A program made the position numbers and the translations under genes. This document shows positions 18,540 to 27,403 of a stretch of DNA of 64,000 bases, one piece after another. Position 1 is the stretch's first letter, and every line of letters starts with the position of its first letter. This stretch comes from Bacteroidota bacterium (GTDB taxonomy: Bacteria > Bacteroidota > Bacteroidia > UKL13-3), in the NCBI GenBank assembly GCA_027491085.1, contig JAIXWW010000014.1:79414-143413 (forward strand), in the 5' to 3' direction. The notes beneath the pieces are model-generated. The model was not told the DNA's origin and made no database searches. It worked only from the letters and a program-made list of their open reading frames with translations.

Positions 18540-19283
18540 TTATTCTTTAGCGCATTGTCTTAAAACCAGAATCAAATCGTACTCGTTAAAATTGCGAATT
18601 TTCAGAAGTTCATTTTTAGCGCAATAATCCTTAATCCATTCGGCTTTTTTTGTATTAACACCTGTAACTTTTATGATGTAATCAATGCTTAATTTGTCGT
18701 CAATTTTTACTGATTGGTTATACAATTCCACCAATTTTAAAAGTTTTTCGTTGCTTTTGCCTTTATCAGAAAAATTATACCAAACCTTATTTATTAAACC
18801 TGTTACCGCAATTCCTCCTCCCGAGGTAAAAGTAATATCCCTTATTTTAGACATCTGTCTTAGGTTTTTAGCTCTGTCATTATTATTCAATAAAGTGTCG
18901 TGTTTCATTAAATTAGCGTATGCCTTAGCCAATGAATCGTTTTTATGTCGTGCATTTACATTTACATCTCTTAACGTAATTTCTTTTCGTTTAAGAATAA
19001 TATCAAATGGTTTTATCTCATAAAAAATGGCTTTGGTAATAATAAAAGTATCAGATTTATAAGAAATTCTCGAAATTAACAAACTATCACCTAAGCTAGC
19101 TTCCATTACAAAAGCACCATATTGATTGGCAGAATAAGTTTGTTTGGTAGTTGTATTGTATATAATTGAAAACGATAAAGTTTGTCCAATATCGTTTTTA
19201 ACAAAACCTTTTAACTCTTTGCTTTGCTGCGCCATTAGTTGGCTAGCCAAAAACATTAATATACAAGTAAAAAAGTGTTTCAT
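18540..19283 (-). CDS. Hypothetical secreted protein with a carboxypeptidase-regulatory-like N-terminal domain
   Basis: ORF 18540..19307. The start is probably MKHFF at 19283, giving a signal peptide ending LMAQ. The segment KGFVKNDIGQTLSFSIIYN...GAFVMEA...GDSLLISRISYKS resembles the CarboxypepD_reg fold. Confidence 0.4.
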   Translation of the reverse strand: MKHFFTCILMFLASQLMAQQSKELKGFVKNDIGQTLSFSIIYNTTTKQTYSANQYGAFVMEASLGDSLLISRISYKSDTFIITKAIFYEIKPFDIILKRKEITLRDVNVNARHKNDSLAKAYANLMKHDTLLNNNDRAKNLRQMSKIRDITFTSGGGIAVTGLINKVWYNFSDKGKSNEKLLKLVELYNQSVKIDDKLSIDYIIKVTGVNTKKAEWIKDYCAKNELLKIRNFNEYDLILVLRQCAKE

Positions 19284-19416
19284 AAAAGTTTTGGTTTGTA
19301 AAACCATAAACGAATTAAGCCAAATATAGTTACATGCCCTATTTTTAAAATTAAGTAATGGTTTAAGTTTTAAATCGTTGAACTAAAAATCATTTTAAAG
19401 TTACAAATAAGCAGCG

Positions 19417-19424
19417 TACTTTCG
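19417..19424 (+). promoter_or_regulatory. Putative -7 box TACTTTCG upstream of pyrD
   Basis: The same octamer as upstream of the tRNA and glyA. It lies 18 nt before the TTG start. No clear -33 element is seen. Confidence 0.3.
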
Positions 19425-19441
19425 CTCCAAATAATAGCGCT

Positions 19442-20473
19442 TTGTACAAATTACTTCTCAAATTCCTTTTTATAATGCCGGCAGAAACTGCCCATTATTT
19501 TTCGTTAAATTCTTACCAAATACTTTGTAAAATTCCATTTGTTCGCCAAATTGTTTCTAGTATTTTTAGGGTAAAAAATCCAGTACAGTTTTTAGGCTTA
19601 AACTTTTACAATCCAATTGGATTAGCTGCGGGTTTCGATAAGAATGCTAAATACTTGAAAGAATTAAGCTCGCTTGGTTTTGGTTTTGTAGAAATAGGCA
19701 CTGTAACTCCATTGCCACAAAGTGGAAATGATAAACCTCGTTTGTTCCGTTTGCCAAAAGACGAATGTATTATTAACCGAATGGGCTTTAATAACGATGG
19801 TTTAGAAGTTATAAAACAGCGTTTGGTTAACCGCCCTGCTGAATTAATTGTGGGTGGAAATATTGGTAAAAATAAAGTTACGCCTAACGAAAATGCCAAG
19901 GACGATTACGTGAAATGTTTTGTAGGTTTATATCAATTGGTTGATTATTTTGTGGTAAATGTGAGCTCGCCCAACACACCAAACTTGCGTGAGTTGCAAG
20001 ATAAAAAGCCTCTTTCTGAAATACTTTTGGCTTTAATGGAAGAGCGTAAAAATTTTATTGCCAAAGGCAATATTCAAAAACCCATTTTGTTAAAAATAGC
20101 ACCCGATTTAACCCAATCGCAGTTAGATGATGTAATAGAAATTGTTCAATCAACCGGCATTGATGGCTTGGTGGCAACCAATACTACCATTAGCCGTGAT
20201 AATTTAGTAACGGCAAAAACCGAAGTAGAACAAATGGGCGCAGGTGGATTAAGCGGAAAAATTTTGAGCGAAAAATCAACCGAAATTTTGGCTTATATCA
20301 AGCAAAAATCAAACAACCAAATTCCGGTAATTGGAGTTGGTGGTATTCATTCAGCACTAACAGGGCAAGAAAAAATAAATGCAGGCGCTAGTTTAATTCA
20401 AATTTACACAGGCTTTATTTATGGTGGACCAGGTTTAATTAAACAATTAGCCAAGATAAAAATTAGTAAATAA
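19442..20473 (+). CDS. pyrD: Dihydroorotate dehydrogenase (quinone), class 2
   Basis: The N-terminus MYKLLLKFLFIMPAETAHYF and the motifs GLAAGFDKNA, GFVEIGTVTP, NVSSPNTPNLR and GVGGI are all characteristic. TTG start. Confidence 0.9.
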   Translation: MYKLLLKFLFIMPAETAHYFSLNSYQILCKIPFVRQIVSSIFRVKNPVQFLGLNFYNPIGLAAGFDKNAKYLKELSSLGFGFVEIGTVTPLPQSGNDKPRLFRLPKDECIINRMGFNNDGLEVIKQRLVNRPAELIVGGNIGKNKVTPNENAKDDYVKCFVGLYQLVDYFVVNVSSPNTPNLRELQDKKPLSEILLALMEERKNFIAKGNIQKPILLKIAPDLTQSQLDDVIEIVQSTGIDGLVATNTTISRDNLVTAKTEVEQMGAGGLSGKILSEKSTEILAYIKQKSNNQIPVIGVGGIHSALTGQEKINAGASLIQIYTGFIYGGPGLIKQLAKIKISK

Positions 20474-20510
20474 AAAGTTATTTCATTGTAAAAATAAAAG
20501 CACAATAAAT

Positions 20511-20801
20511 TTGAATATCATACATTTAACAGCAGCGGCCATTCAAGCCATTAACGAGTATAAAATAAACTTACAAATTCCAGCTACTCATTATTTGCGT
20601 ATTGGAATCAAACAAAAAAACTCAACCGATAAAGGTTTAATTATTGGTTTTGATGAACCAACAGATAAAGATAAAACGGTTGAAATTGAAGGCATAAAAG
20701 TAGTTTATCATCCTGGCCAAGCCTTATTTTTTGCAGGTATGCAAATTGATTTTTTGGAGCGTGATGGTAAAAAAGGTTTTGAGTTAATGGAGAAAAGGTA
20801 A
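20511..20801 (+). CDS. HesB/IscA-like fold protein lacking the cysteine ligands
   Basis: A 96 aa protein collinear with A-type carriers (LTAAAIQAINEY...YLRIGIK...GFDEPTDKD..VE..GIKVVY.......G..IDF). No Cys residues are present. TTG start. Confidence 0.5.
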   Translation: MNIIHLTAAAIQAINEYKINLQIPATHYLRIGIKQKNSTDKGLIIGFDEPTDKDKTVEIEGIKVVYHPGQALFFAGMQIDFLERDGKKGFELMEKR

Positions 20802-20869
20802 TATTTGTTCTTATAAATTTTAAAAGGTATTGGTTTGTTGCTAATTGCGCTAAAACAAGCTACCGATTT

Positions 20870-21060
20870 TAGCATTGTTTATAAAATAAAACAAGGCGAA
20901 AACCTTTATAGTCTTTCTTTAAAATTTATTTGTTCGCTTCAATAAATTAAGGATTGGAACAAATTAAATAACGAAGATTATGCGCAAGTTGGGTAATTGA
21001 AAAATGATTGTTTTGCCTATTTCAACTGTGCCTTCAGTAAATTAACAAAAAAAAATAATG
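20870..21060 (+). pseudogene. Decayed LysM-domain gene relic
   Basis: One frame reads YKIKQGENLYSLSLKFICSLQ*IKDWNKLNNEDYAQVG*LK, then after a frameshift MIVLPISTVPSVN. This is a recognisable LysM motif interrupted by two stops and a shift. No intact ORF covers it. Confidence 0.45.
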
Positions 21061-21194
21061 GTGTAGAAAAGCAAAAAACGATTCTGCTGATTTAAAAATA
21101 AAGCATTTTATTGAACCTATAAAAATTCGAAAAAGTATTTTATCAAAACCAGCAGAATGAATTTATAACAACTCTTGGTTTTAATCCAATAGCA

Positions 21195-21581
21195 TTATTT
21201 TCCCTCTGTTTGTTCCAGTTTCCAACTGAATAACATAGAGAGTTCTTTAGCCTTATCAATGGCTTTGGTTGCAATGGTGCCTTGGAAATTTTGGTTTACA
21301 GTTTCACAAAATAGGCTAAGCCAAATATCGAAATGAGGGGATTTTATATTTCTATTACTGTGTGAATCATATATATTACCTTTAAAACCGGGTTGATCCA
21401 ATAGTATAAAGTACCAAAATTCTTTCATTCTTGGTAAGTGATGTTCCCAATTAGTATTAATAAAAAAAGAGTTTAATGTAATGTCCTTTTTTACTTTTGT
21501 GTAAAAATTTTCAACTAATAAATCAATGTCTTGTGTGGTGGTAATGTCTCTCATCATATCAGTTGATTTATAAGCCCCCAA
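21195..21581 (-). CDS. Group III truncated hemoglobin-like globin
   Basis: A 128 aa protein. The pattern LVENFYTKVKKD...F...W..HLPRMKEFWYFILLD.....G......H........FDIWLSLFCETV is collinear with Campylobacter Ctb-type trHbIII as I remember it. Confidence 0.55.
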   Translation of the reverse strand: MGAYKSTDMMRDITTTQDIDLLVENFYTKVKKDITLNSFFINTNWEHHLPRMKEFWYFILLDQPGFKGNIYDSHSNRNIKSPHFDIWLSLFCETVNQNFQGTIATKAIDKAKELSMLFSWKLEQTEGK

Positions 21582-21598
21582 AATAAAATTATTATTAA

Positions 21599-22747
21599 TT
21601 ATAATTTAGGAATTGGTGCAAGTTGTTGAATATTGATAGCAAAAGTAGCATTGAATGTGCTAAATTGTTCATTGGCAAACGAATGATTATACTCAGTGCC
21701 TAATGCAATTGGACCTAACTTAAATCTAAAGCCCAAAGTACCTTTGTAGGCTTGTGCTGCTTTAGTTGAAAATGAAATAGGGTCAGTAATATTTTCAGTA
21801 TATTCTTCTATATTACCATTGTTATTTCGTAATGATTTTATGGGAAAAATTCCTTTCATAGCAACATCTGATGTAGCACTGTGATAAGTAACTCCAAGAT
21901 ATGGAGTGAAAAAAAGTAGTTTTTTAGAAATAATCAACCCAGCTTGGTAACCAGAAGTTTTGATAGTCATTTTTTGAGAATTTTTATAATCAGCGCTAGG
22001 TAATGAGCCAGGTAATGAAGCACTGGCATTTAAAAAGTTTTCTCCAAAAGCAAGTTCAAGATTACTGCTATTGTAAGTTGCAATTGCAGCAATATCTATT
22101 GGTAGTTTTTCAACTCCCCATATCCATTGCGATAAGGAGTGTTTTACCCCAAATCCAAATCCACTAGAACTAAAATCGCCACTTTGAATTGGCATCAATC
22201 TTACCATAATTTCTGTTGATTTGATAATGCCTAAACTTACTTGAATAAAAGGTGTTGTGCCAATTGAGGCAAAACTTCCAGTACCTGAAAAAGTGCCAAT
22301 AGTATCAATGTATAAACGTTGTGTGTTGTCTAAAGGATTTAAGGTTGAAATGGCAAACCTAGTGCTGTTTCCATCGCCCATTACGGTGGGTTGTTTGGTA
22401 TTAACATCTCCATTTATAGGAGTAAGTAAAAAATTACTTTTCGCATCAGTATTTGCACCAACACTGTTAAGTGTAAATGTTTTCGAATCATTATTTACTA
22501 ATGATCCTCCAAAACCAACTTTAATATCAAAACCAAATAATCCTAATGGTTTTGCAGTGCTATACCAAGCATCGTTTATGCCACTCGAAAGTCCCCTGCT
22601 AATGGGTTGTAAATATCCATTTACTAGTTTATTTGCTTCTTCTTTTCCTGCTTTTAAAAAAACAGCTGCATCATTTTGAGCAAATAGATTGTATGTCATT
22701 ACTGTAATTCCAATCGTAATTAAGGTTTTATTGAAAAAATGCTTCAT
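21599..22747 (-). CDS. Putative outer-membrane beta-barrel protein
   Basis: Signal peptide ending FAQ, alternating hydrophobic beta-strand patterns throughout, and a C-terminal strand region (FSTFNATFAINIQ). No named family recognised. Confidence 0.45.
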   Translation of the reverse strand: MKHFFNKTLITIGITVMTYNLFAQNDAAVFLKAGKEEANKLVNGYLQPISRGLSSGINDAWYSTAKPLGLFGFDIKVGFGGSLVNNDSKTFTLNSVGANTDAKSNFLLTPINGDVNTKQPTVMGDGNSTRFAISTLNPLDNTQRLYIDTIGTFSGTGSFASIGTTPFIQVSLGIIKSTEIMVRLMPIQSGDFSSSGFGFGVKHSLSQWIWGVEKLPIDIAAIATYNSSNLELAFGENFLNASASLPGSLPSADYKNSQKMTIKTSGYQAGLIISKKLLFFTPYLGVTYHSATSDVAMKGIFPIKSLRNNNGNIEEYTENITDPISFSTKAAQAYKGTLGFRFKLGPIALGTEYNHSFANEQFSTFNATFAINIQQLAPIPKL

Positions 22748-22921
22748 AATTTTAAAATTAAACTTATAGTTTTTATTAGTTAATCAATTATTGAATACTA
22801 TATTTTTTGAATTCAATGCTTTAGTATGAAATATTAGGTTGATAAAATAAAACTTAACTTCATTTATTCTACTACCTATAACATAATAGTGTTGATGTTT
22901 TTGTTATGATTTGAAAAAAGT

Positions 22922-25312
22922 TTATCTCAAAATAACACGTTTAAAATCTCTATCTATTTTAAACTTAACTGTACCTACTGCTAAGTTCTTTTCAGTTACT
23001 TTGTGGCTCTTTCCATCTGCCACAAACTCAGTGCAAGTAAATGGTAATCCATGAACTACCACTTTAAACGTTTTATTACTTTCAAAAGCACCTTCTAAAA
23101 TATGAGAAAGGATTAAGTTTTTATTGTTTCCTTTTACATAGAATTTATGTAGGTTATATAAACCCATGCGGTAGCCATAATTGTCGCCTGCATCTTCGTA
23201 AAGGTAACTAATTACTTCTTTTTCTTTGTTGAAATATACATGTAAAGTAGTTTCTAAAACCTCTAACTCGCCTACATATTGTTGTTTTGGCCATTGAGGA
23301 ATAACGGCACCTGCTTTAATAAATACAGGCATTCTATCTAGTGGGCAGCCCACCATATGTTCCTTGCCTCCATTGTATTCATGATCGTTCCAAATATTAA
23401 ACCAACGTCCTCTTGGCAAATAAACAGTGCGTTCGGTAATTCCGGGACGCATTACAGGACAAACCAAAATATGATCGCCAACGGCAAACTCATCGTTACG
23501 AAAAAGGGTTTCAGTATCGGTTTGGTCAATAAATGCTAATGGGCGTAAAATGGGTGTTCCAAACGTACTGTTTTGCCAAAACGCGGTGTACATATATGGC
23601 AATAATTGGTAGCGTAGGTGAATGAATTTTTTTACAATGTATTCGTATTTAGTTCCAAAACTCCAAGGTTCTTGGTCAAATTTAGTTTCGTTTCCTGCAC
23701 TATGTGTTCTGAAAAACGGATGGAAAGCTGCTAATTGAACCCAACGTGTGTACAATTCACCATCAGGTTCGCCTATAAATCCGCCTACATCGCTTCCGCA
23801 AAACGATACACCCGAAATATTTAATCGTAAACATTGTTGACTAGCTATCCATAAATGTTCCCAAGTAGCTATATTATCTCCTGTCCATACACTTGAATAA
23901 CGTTGCAAACCACTGTATCCTGAACGAGTAATTACAAACGGACGCAATGGTTGTAAGTAGCGTTTAATACCTTTTTGAGTAGCTCTAGCCATTTGCATAC
24001 CATATACATTATGCGCTTTTCTGTGGCTACATGGGTTGCCATCGTAATCATGGCGAACATCCTCAGGGAAAGTACCAATTTCAAAAACAGCAGGTTCGTT
24101 CATATCGTTCCAAACTCCACGCACTCCTGCTTCAATTAAACCTTTGAATAAACCACTCCACCATTCGCGCACTTCAGGATTGGTAAAATCAGGGAAATGA
24201 CATTTACCCGGCCAAACATCGCCCTCCATTAAAGTGCCATCTGCTCTTTTACAGAAATAATCTTTGGCAATAGCTTCTTGCCAAACCCAATAATCTTTGT
24301 CTATTTTTATTCCTGGGTCAATAATTACAACCGTTTTAAAACCATCAGCCGAAAGTTCGCTGATCATTTTTTTAGGATCAGGAAAATACTCTTTGCTCCA
24401 AGTAAAACAACGGAAACCTTCCATGTAATCAATGTCTAAATAAATGGCATCGCATGGAATTTTACGTTTTCTGAACTCTGAAGTAATTTCACGTACTTTA
24501 CTTTCGGGGTAATAACTCCACTTACATTGATGGTAACCTAAACTCCACATTGGCGGCAGTTCAGGCGTACCTGTAAGGCTTGCATATTGTTCTACCACTT
24601 TTAACAAATCGGGTCCGTAAATGAAATAGTAATTCATTTCGCCACCACGTGCATAAAAACTTAAGGTATCAGCATTACTTTTACCAAAATCAAAAATGGT
24701 ACGGAAAGAATTATCGTAGAATATACCATAACCAATTTCACCTTTGCTATGCACACCCATAAAAAACGGAATATTTTTATACAATGGGTCTTGGTCTTTT
24801 TGAAAACCATAAGTATCCATACCATAATTTTCAAAATATTTGCCTCTTAGGTTCATTTCGGTGGGCTTATCGCCCATTCCATAAAAGTACTCATCTGGCT
24901 GAATTTTTTTGCTGCAATAATTTATTTTACCACCTTTTACCAAGTAATGTTGCCAATGAAAACCTGCTTCGTCTTCACTAATGATATTATTTTGCCTATC
25001 AAGCATGGTAATTTTCATGTTTTCCTTGCTTATTTTGGCGGTAATGGATTGTGTTTGGATATAATAAAATCCATCATCTTCATAAAAATGAAGTTCTACC
25101 AATTTTTCATCAAAATATTTACTAACAGCATAACTAAAATCTTTCTGAAAAAAACCATCAGCAGCATACCTAAAACGAATAATTTTATCGGTCATTACTC
25201 TTGCTTCTAAAATGGTTTCGCTGGTAATAAAAATAAAGAAATTACCTTCTTTTTTTACCTCTGTAACTGCATCGGGGTAAAATTTACTAGAGTATTTAGT
25301 TTGTGTTAGCAT
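22922..25312 (-). CDS. Glycoside hydrolase family 31 alpha-glucosidase
   Basis: GH31 catalytic nucleophile region GVRGVWNDMNEP and the downstream SGVSFCGSDVGGF acid/base region. 796 aa. Confidence 0.9.
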   Translation of the reverse strand: MLTQTKYSSKFYPDAVTEVKKEGNFFIFITSETILEARVMTDKIIRFRYAADGFFQKDFSYAVSKYFDEKLVELHFYEDDGFYYIQTQSITAKISKENMKITMLDRQNNIISEDEAGFHWQHYLVKGGKINYCSKKIQPDEYFYGMGDKPTEMNLRGKYFENYGMDTYGFQKDQDPLYKNIPFFMGVHSKGEIGYGIFYDNSFRTIFDFGKSNADTLSFYARGGEMNYYFIYGPDLLKVVEQYASLTGTPELPPMWSLGYHQCKWSYYPESKVREITSEFRKRKIPCDAIYLDIDYMEGFRCFTWSKEYFPDPKKMISELSADGFKTVVIIDPGIKIDKDYWVWQEAIAKDYFCKRADGTLMEGDVWPGKCHFPDFTNPEVREWWSGLFKGLIEAGVRGVWNDMNEPAVFEIGTFPEDVRHDYDGNPCSHRKAHNVYGMQMARATQKGIKRYLQPLRPFVITRSGYSGLQRYSSVWTGDNIATWEHLWIASQQCLRLNISGVSFCGSDVGGFIGEPDGELYTRWVQLAAFHPFFRTHSAGNETKFDQEPWSFGTKYEYIVKKFIHLRYQLLPYMYTAFWQNSTFGTPILRPLAFIDQTDTETLFRNDEFAVGDHILVCPVMRPGITERTVYLPRGRWFNIWNDHEYNGGKEHMVGCPLDRMPVFIKAGAVIPQWPKQQYVGELEVLETTLHVYFNKEKEVISYLYEDAGDNYGYRMGLYNLHKFYVKGNNKNLILSHILEGAFESNKTFKVVVHGLPFTCTEFVADGKSHKVTEKNLAVGTVKFKIDRDFKRVILR

Positions 25313-25517
25313 GGTTGTAAATATCTTAATTCAAAATCCAACACAATAAAACATTTATATAAAAAAATAACTAATTAAGTTATCAAGAATTATAAGTTAG
25401 TTGTTTCATTTTATAATATTTTTACCTACTTCCATTTTGTAAAGTATTATTTACCATACTATTTAAGCCAATTTTAAATATAAACCACTAATAAATAATA
25501 CATTGTGTTTTTAAAGT

Positions 25518-25542
25518 AAAATACTACAAATGCAGTATTGCT
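25518..25542. promoter_or_regulatory. Candidate operator, site 1: AAAATAC-N10-GTATTGCT
   Basis: AATAC/GTATT inverted 5-mers separated by 10 nt. A second copy of the same architecture lies 60 bp downstream. Confidence 0.35.
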
Positions 25543-25577
25543 ATTGATTAATAATATACCAATGTTTGTTTTTATAA

Positions 25578-25602
25578 AAAATACCAATAAATAGGTATTG
25601 CT
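25578..25602. promoter_or_regulatory. Candidate operator, site 2: AAAATAC-N10-GTATTGCT
   Basis: Same flanks as site 1. Its TTG (25598-25600) lies 20 nt upstream of ATTATTTG (25621-25628), a near -7 box for the lipoprotein operon. Confidence 0.35.
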
Positions 25603-25653
25603 TAAATGTATAATTAACCCATTATTTGAAAAAACTAATAAAAACTAAATATT

Positions 25654-26241
25654 ATGAAACAAACCAAACCATTAACCATTTTACTTTTTGCCATTTTACT
25701 AATAAATGCTTGTGGTAAAGAAGGCTGCCCTGACAGCAAACCCATAGAAAAGGGAGTAGATAAAAGCTATTTACCATACATTATACCATATAGCGATACC
25801 AGCACACGCTTGTTTTTAAAAAACGGAACCGATACGTTAGTTTTTAAAAGCCAAGGTTTAAAAGAAACAAAAATCCTTTATGGCCCAATAGCAGAAAGCT
25901 GTGACAAATACAATTTGCAACAGATAAGTCTTAAAATGGCAGCTAACGATACGGATTTTTTTCAGATTAATTTCTATGCACGCAAGTTGGGAGATCCAAT
26001 GGTGAATTTTGAAATAGTTAATAGTAAAGAAGTTATTATAACAGATGTTTATCAATACTTTTATGATTATTTTAAAATTTATATAAACTCGAAACCAATA
26101 AACAAAATAAACATATTAAACTTTACTTACGATTCAGTAAATATTTTAAAACCTTATCCAAATCTTTCAATCTATACAAAGCCTAATGTAGGCATAATAA
26201 AAATAGAGACATCAAATAATATTTATGAATTAGTAAAATAA
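25654..26241 (+). CDS. Lipoprotein, paralog A (function unknown)
   Basis: Lipobox LLINAC. Shares long identical strings with ORF 26678..27244 (TILLFAILLINAC, YLPYIIPYSDTSTRLFLKNGTDTL, FKSQGLKET, TKPN.G.IK, IYEL). Confidence 0.6.
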   Translation: MKQTKPLTILLFAILLINACGKEGCPDSKPIEKGVDKSYLPYIIPYSDTSTRLFLKNGTDTLVFKSQGLKETKILYGPIAESCDKYNLQQISLKMAANDTDFFQINFYARKLGDPMVNFEIVNSKEVIITDVYQYFYDYFKIYINSKPINKINILNFTYDSVNILKPYPNLSIYTKPNVGIIKIETSNNIYELVK

Positions 26242-26245
26242 GACA

Positions 26246-26626
26246 ATGAAAAAGATAATCTTAACAGTATTAATAATATTGCTTAATTTTTTTAATACAA
26301 AAGCAAATTCAGATAGTTTAACCTCCAAAATAGATAGTATTTATAATATAGAAGTTAATGAAACTAATGATTCCATAATTGAACCACATGAAGAAAATTT
26401 AAATTTTGAAAAAAAAGCAGAAGCAGAAAAGCATAGTAGTAATTTTAAAAAAAATAGAATTGTAAAATTAAAGTCGAATCTCAAGGCAGCTAATTGGTTC
26501 AGTGATGCTTGGGATGCCATTACTGATTTATGGAAAACTGTTTGGGGGCTTTACACCGAAGATGGATATAGACAAGAAGGCCCCTATTTTTTATTTATGA
26601 ATAATTACAACAAACTTAACTTGTAA
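26246..26626 (+). CDS. Small secreted protein with a Trp-rich C-terminus (function unknown)
   Basis: Signal peptide MKKIILTVLIILLNFFNTKANS, a K/E/N-rich middle and the C-terminal segment AANWFSDAWDAITDLWKTVWGLYTEDGY. Starts 4 nt after paralog A. Confidence 0.5.
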   Translation: MKKIILTVLIILLNFFNTKANSDSLTSKIDSIYNIEVNETNDSIIEPHEENLNFEKKAEAEKHSSNFKKNRIVKLKSNLKAANWFSDAWDAITDLWKTVWGLYTEDGYRQEGPYFLFMNNYNKLNL

Positions 26627-26677
26627 ATTCATACAATAATAATCAAAATATTAAATAACTAACAAAACCAACACAAT

Positions 26678-27244
26678 ATGAACCAAACCAAACAATTTAC
26701 AATTTTACTTTTTGCCATTTTATTAATAAATGCGTGTAGTAAAGACAATTGCGATGACAGTACCAAAAACTTATTTGTAGATAATACCTACTTGCCTTAT
26801 ATTATACCATACAGCGATACCAGTACCCGCTTATTTTTAAAAAATGGAACTGATACATTACTTTTTAAAAGCCAGGGGCTAAAAGAAACCATTGAGGTGC
26901 AAAAAGGAAACGATGAAAACGATTGCAGGACTTATAACCTACAAAAGTTTTCCTTAACCATGACTGCTAGTGATACTGATTTTTTTAGGATAAGTTATTA
27001 TGTTGATAAAGATAATACAGGATTTGTTCAAATAAGTATTTCCAATTTAGTAGAGGCAAATCCACTTTATGATTTAGCATATATTAAATATTACCCGCCA
27101 GTCTTAAAAGAAAAGGTAATAAATGTTATATATGATACTATTACAATTAACAAAAATAATCGCGGGGATGTTTTGATTACAAAACCTAATTTAGGTCTTA
27201 TTAAAGTAAAATCGGACAAATTTATTTATGAACTAATAAATTAA
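26678..27244 (+). CDS. Lipoprotein, paralog A' (function unknown)
   Basis: Lipobox LLINAC. The N-terminal ~70 aa and the last ~25 aa are collinear with ORF 25654..26241, while the central part has diverged. Confidence 0.6.
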   Translation: MNQTKQFTILLFAILLINACSKDNCDDSTKNLFVDNTYLPYIIPYSDTSTRLFLKNGTDTLLFKSQGLKETIEVQKGNDENDCRTYNLQKFSLTMTASDTDFFRISYYVDKDNTGFVQISISNLVEANPLYDLAYIKYYPPVLKEKVINVIYDTITINKNNRGDVLITKPNLGLIKVKSDKFIYELIN

Positions 27245-27403
27245 TATATGAAAAAAAACTTTGTCTGCGGTTGGTATTTTCACCAACCATAGGCAAATAT
27301 CCGTTTGTTTTATTTTATAATATTTTTAAAACATTTTGTAGTTTGAAATAGAAATAAATATATTGCTTGAAGTAATTTAATAAAGTTGAATTAAAATATC
27401 TAC

